A DNA stretch of 64,000 bases, taken from assembly GCA_950097015.1 (NCBI GenBank), contig CATNEN010000010.1, positions 1,674,001-1,738,000 on the forward strand. Reading direction: 5' to 3'. The notes beneath the pieces are model-generated. The model ran no database searches. It was not told the origin of the DNA and saw only the letters and a list, made by a program, of their open reading frames with translations. Origin of the DNA: Macrostomum hystrix. Lineage: Eukaryota; Animalia; Platyhelminthes. This document shows, in pieces, positions 59,725 to 64,000 of the stretch (the first letter of the stretch is position 1; every line of letters starts with the position of its first letter). The position numbers and the translations under genes were made by a program.

Positions 59725-60529
59725 TTTTGTTCGAATAAGTTCATAAAGTATACTAAAAACAGCAACAGTTTCTTTAAAATGAAATAAAGTGAAATATAAA
59801 TCGCTTGGTCAGAAATTTCTGAACACAACACGGACAAAACTTGCCCTTTTATTTTTTGAAAATAAAAAAGCTCAATTTTTAATGTCGTACCGTCAGCCAC
59901 CAGCGCTTTTTATACAACCGACAGGAAAAATGAACTACTATGCTACCAATAAGAAGCTGCTGTACATTTGGGTACAAGCTTTCATATAATTTATGCTGGA
60001 GCCATTGGAGAGAAGAAAAGAATTGCCACTCAACAATTTCAGCTGTTATTGCAAAAATAAATTTATTCACACAGAACAAAAGCCTATTTCAAAAGCAATA
60101 GATAGTACTATGGTGAGTAATAAATAGATGTTTATAAACATAATTCTTCACAAAGAATAAATTTCAAGCAATGAATGCAGATGGTTCGTGTCGTGCTAAA
60201 TTATAGCTTTCTGCAGAGCAGTCTGTCGGGAAAAATAAACGAAAACATTTCACTTCTTTCAGCAAGAGGGAAAACCGAGCTGCAACTGAAGCAATCAAAT
60301 ACAACAAACAGCTTCACAATATATTAGAGTGAAGTTAAAATGAGACGAAAAAAGCAGTCAATATTGTTAAGAAATAGTATAAGCAATGATGCATTAAGGC
60401 TTTATTAATTATCAGTCAATCGAACCAAGCCTTGCAAATTCATGTAAATAAAAGTGCAAATCTGCCAGTTCGTAAAATACCGGAGACATGTTTCAAACTT
60501 TTAAATGGAGCCTAAAAGATTTCAGTACG

Positions 60530-61195
60530 AAAACCTGAAGAAGCTCAGTTAGAACCTGAAGGAGTTCAGTTAAGAACCTGAAGGAGTTCAGTTAGAACCT
60601 GAAGGAGTTCAGTTAGAACCTGAAGGAGCTCAGTTAGAACATGAAGGAGGTCAGTTAGAACATGAAGGAGTTCAGTTAGAACCTGAAGGAGTTCAGTTAG
60701 AACCTGAAGGAGTTCAGTTAAGAACCTGAAGGAGTTCAGTTAGAACCTGAAGGAGTTCAGTTAAGAACCTGAAGGAGTTCAGTTAAGAACCTGAAGGAGT
60801 TCAGTTAAGAACCTGAAGCCTGAAGGAGTTCAGTTAAGAACCTGAAGGAGTTCAGTTAAGAACCTGAAGGAGTTCAGTTAAGAACCTGAAGGAGTTCAGT
60901 TAAGAACCTGAAGGAGTTCAGTTAAGAACCTGAAGGAGTTCAGTTAAGAACCTGAAGGAGTTCAGTTAAGAACCTGAAGGAGTTCAGTTAAGAACCTGAA
61001 GGAGTTCAGTTAAGAACCTGAAGGAGTTCAGTTAAGAACCTGAAGGAGTTCAGTTAAGAACCTGAAGGAGTTCAGTTAAGAACCTGAAGGAGTTCAGTTA
61101 GAACCTGAAGGAGTTCAGTTAAGAACCTGAAGGAGTTCAGTTAGAACCTGAAGGAGTTCAGTTAGAACCCGAAGGAATTCAGTTACAACCTGAGG
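60530..61195. repeat. 21/22-bp minisatellite (AGAACCTGAAGGAGTTCAGTTA)n
   Basis: Tandem copies; each unit contains the inverted repeat CTGAA-GGAG-TTCAG. Confidence 0.94.
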
Positions 61196-61347
61196 GAGCC
61201 TGCAATATACCCATTCGTAGAGAAGACTGAATAATCTGAGCCAGAGGAAGATCTTGCGGAGTCTCTACGTGTAGAAAGTTTGAAGTGATCAAGAAGAAGC
61301 ACAGTTGCCAGGAGAAATCCAATTATAGTCTCACGCAGACAAACAAA

Positions 61348-64000
61348 TTAGTCCAGGTACTTGGCCCGGATGGCGGCGCGCATCAACAGGCCCTTGGCCA
61401 ATCGGCGCCAGTTCTGCTCGGCCCGCTCAGACTTGGCCATAGCCGCCCGCTCCCGTTGAGCCTTGCGCTCTTCCAGCCAGGCGTCAATCAGCAGCCGGCG
61501 ATTCTCGGCGCACACAACCAGGCCTTCCAGCACCGGGCGGGCCCAGCCGGCGCCTTTGAACTCCCAGCCGGTCATGGCCGGGCAGCCGTCCACGCCGAGT
61601 CGCTTGGCAATGCGAGCCAGGCCGGGCAGGCGCAGGTGCACGCAGCCGCGGGGCAGCATACTGGGCTGGTACAGGTCCACGTTGCCGTGCTCGTTGCGAG
61701 GGACGCGGCCGTTAACAGCAATGGGCGGCTCGTAGGGCTCCGTCTGCCAACGGCCGAACAGGTCCACGCTGGCCGGCTCGCCATTGCCTTGTTCATTGAA
61801 GGCGAATCGTATAATAATAATAATATATGCAATAGTATTCGCATGAGGGCAGTGGGCACTGGCACAGCATTTGGTGACAGTGGATCCGCAGCCAGCTAGG
61901 TGGCAATGCTGCCCATTTCGCGGACTCCTGATCACACACGCACTCAGATACTGTACGCGGGCACACACACACAGGGGTGTGAACACCTGCCCTGACTCTC
62001 TCATCGCCTTGAAAGCCTGACCATTAAGGGTGCAAATTTCACGAGAAGACCTCCCGACCTCTTCGTCAGAGGTCCGAAACTCAAACTAACTCATCACCTG
62101 AAAGTCACAGGAAAAAATGAATTCACCGCTCTAAAAAGACTTGGGTCTGTAGCTTGTGGAGTTCTCATGGCCGACCTGACAAGCTCCACGGACACAGGAA
62201 GCACTCACCCAGCAGGCGCTGCTTAGCCGACATTCGCGATTTAACAACTTTGGCCGGCTTCTCTCCAGGGCGAACTACGCGGGCCTCTTTAAGCCAGGTC
62301 TCCCTGGTGTGGCAGACGTGCACGCAGTCGCGCAAATAAAACGGCTCATTACTGGGGCTGACATTGCCCTTCGTCTGAGCGTCGTCCGGGTGGATCACCT
62401 CGTACTTGAGCAGGTGCCGGCGCAGAACGTAGAGAGGATGGCCGCGAAAATCGTCCGGCCGAGAGGGCTTCGGCCGGGCAAGCAGAATGTCGGTCAGTTG
62501 GCGATCCTCGGCGGCAGACAGGGCAGCGTCGGCCGGCAGCCAGCCGGACAGAGCCGCCTCCAGCCAGGCCGGCGGGGCGCGAACTTTGCGCGTCTTGGTG
62601 CACCTGGAGCGATTTGGTGGTGGGCCGTTGAATATCTTAGGGAACGTGAATTCGATAGCACTGCAAATGGTTCCCATGGCAACGACCGCTTATTTAAAGT
62701 AACTAGAAATTTCTGACTACATAAAAAATATTAATACACGAAACCTATAAGATGTAAAGGGGTGAAGCGGCGAGGCGAAAGCTACTGATTTCAAGTCGAC
62801 AGCAGGACCACAAAAAGCCTATTCCAATGAAAAACACTATCTGGATGAAAAAACCCATTCTCAAAACCTAAAAATGCTTTTTAATAAGTTGCGGCAGTCC
62901 ACAAAGCAGGTAAGACGATAAGTCAGCAAAGGCGGTGCTCCTTACCAGTCGGCATCGTAGCGCGCTGTGACATCTCTGACTCCGCCGTCGGCATCCACGG
63001 CCATTATGTAGGTGATCGGCTTGGCGATGCGAGATCCAATGTCGTCGGGCTTGTCAACGCCATCATCGCCGCTGGTACCGCAGCCGCAGTTAAATGGCAC
63101 CCAGCGCTCGGATACGAAAACTTCGCACCAGAACTCGGGCTTCGCGAGGCCAGAGTTTTCTGTACGGCGGCTTTTCTGCCTGACCAGAGGCGGCGGTTTC
63201 ATCAGCTGCGATAGACTCGGCGGCTTTGCCGAAGCCGACTTCCGCTGCGGCTGCTTTTTGGCCGGAGGCTTCTTAACGACAGGTTCGTCATCTTCTCCTT
63301 CTGACGAATCGGAGGACGGCGGCGGCGGCGGCTTCAGCGGGGCACTCTTGGCGCGGCTGGATCGGCGAAGACCTTCAGCAGCTGACGACGCAGGTTGCTG
63401 CGGAACGGATGCTGCCACATTAAAGATTTTCGTCTTTGGCAGCTCAGTGTTTTTGGTCTTCTTAGCGGGCTCCTCTTTCGGTGTTGTCACCTTGGTCTTT
63501 TTCTTGCTTTTGTTATGCATTTTCTTGTCGACAAAGTCGCCCGCCTCTGAGCCGAAATCAATGCCACCAGCGTCTTCGTCAGCCGCCGCCGATCTAGCAG
63601 ACACATTTGTCTCCCTGACCTCCATCTGGGCCAGGGCTGCTTTCGTAAGGCGAATCGGCAGCACACGCAGAGCGGAGACGAAGCGGCAGCGCGAGACGCC
63701 ACAGGCACGCAGATGGCAGACGGCGAGAACAGCACGCAGATCGGCTGCGCTTGAGCCAACGTGACCATCGGAGGCGCACCTGATGGCGGCCTCGACAGTC
63801 AGGGCCGTTCGAAGGATGCGCGGCACGCCGGAGTCGTCAACGGTCGGGTAGGAGATGGCGAACCAGTCGGCGAATCGGCGCAGATCGTCCAGCGTAGGCC
63901 CAGCCGCCAGGGCGTTTGCCAGATCAGCTGGTGTGCGCGACAAGCAGACGGCCATCAGCTGTTTATCATTGGCCAGTCGGCTGGCCAGCTGGCATCGGGC
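61348..64000 (-). CDS. XPC: XPC/Rad4 DNA damage recognition protein, 5'-partial, last 3 exons
   Basis: FWCEVF, DVTARY, HPLYVLRRHLLKYEVI, DLFGRWQTEPY, GRVPRNEHGNV, NWRRLAKGLL. Exons 64000-62946, 62603-62209, 61787-61348 (1890 nt); the frame is open to the window edge. The last acceptor (AAG) is weak. Confidence 0.92.
62670..62683. promoter_or_regulatory. RFX X-box-like motif GTTCCCATGGCAAC in an XPC intron
   Basis: Full match to the palindromic X-box consensus; function untested. Confidence 0.4.

Overview
Eukaryotic, intron-containing animal DNA: GC-rich exons, AT-rich spacers, and an unrelated 17-43 bp minisatellite in most long introns. The innexin marks it as invertebrate. The overall style resembles the flatworm Macrostomum, but that is an inference. 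Gene order: NDUFS6(-), kelch protein(-), flightless-I(-), ALKBH3-like(-), KIF17/OSM-3 kinesin-2(+), DNAI3/WDR63(-), TEX47/DYBLUP-like(-), translin-like(+), secreted-type CULT protein(+), K2P channel(+), ankyrin pseudogene(+), orphan membrane protein(-), innexin(+), XPC(-, 5' end outside window). Mobile DNA: a tRNA-headed SINE family (4 copies plus a head fragment), a Mutator-like MITE (2 copies, 9 and 8 bp TSDs), an internally deleted maT-like Tc1/mariner element with DD38D spacing, and a small hairpin MITE. Best leads: (1) ALKBH3 appears to splice into two unannotated exons encoding a second, catalytically dead AlkB domain; (2) the DYBLUP-like and IC140/WDR63 genes, both linked to inner-arm dynein f/I1, sit 540 bp apart on one strand in an operon-like layout, next to a ciliary kinesin; (3) seven genes have a splice acceptor 0-11 nt before the ATG, suggesting spliced-leader trans-splicing; (4) a shared G-rich motif is arrayed in sense orientation downstream of both genes of a convergent pair. 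Exon models were built by hand from GT-AG sites and frame continuity; repeat boundaries are approximate.
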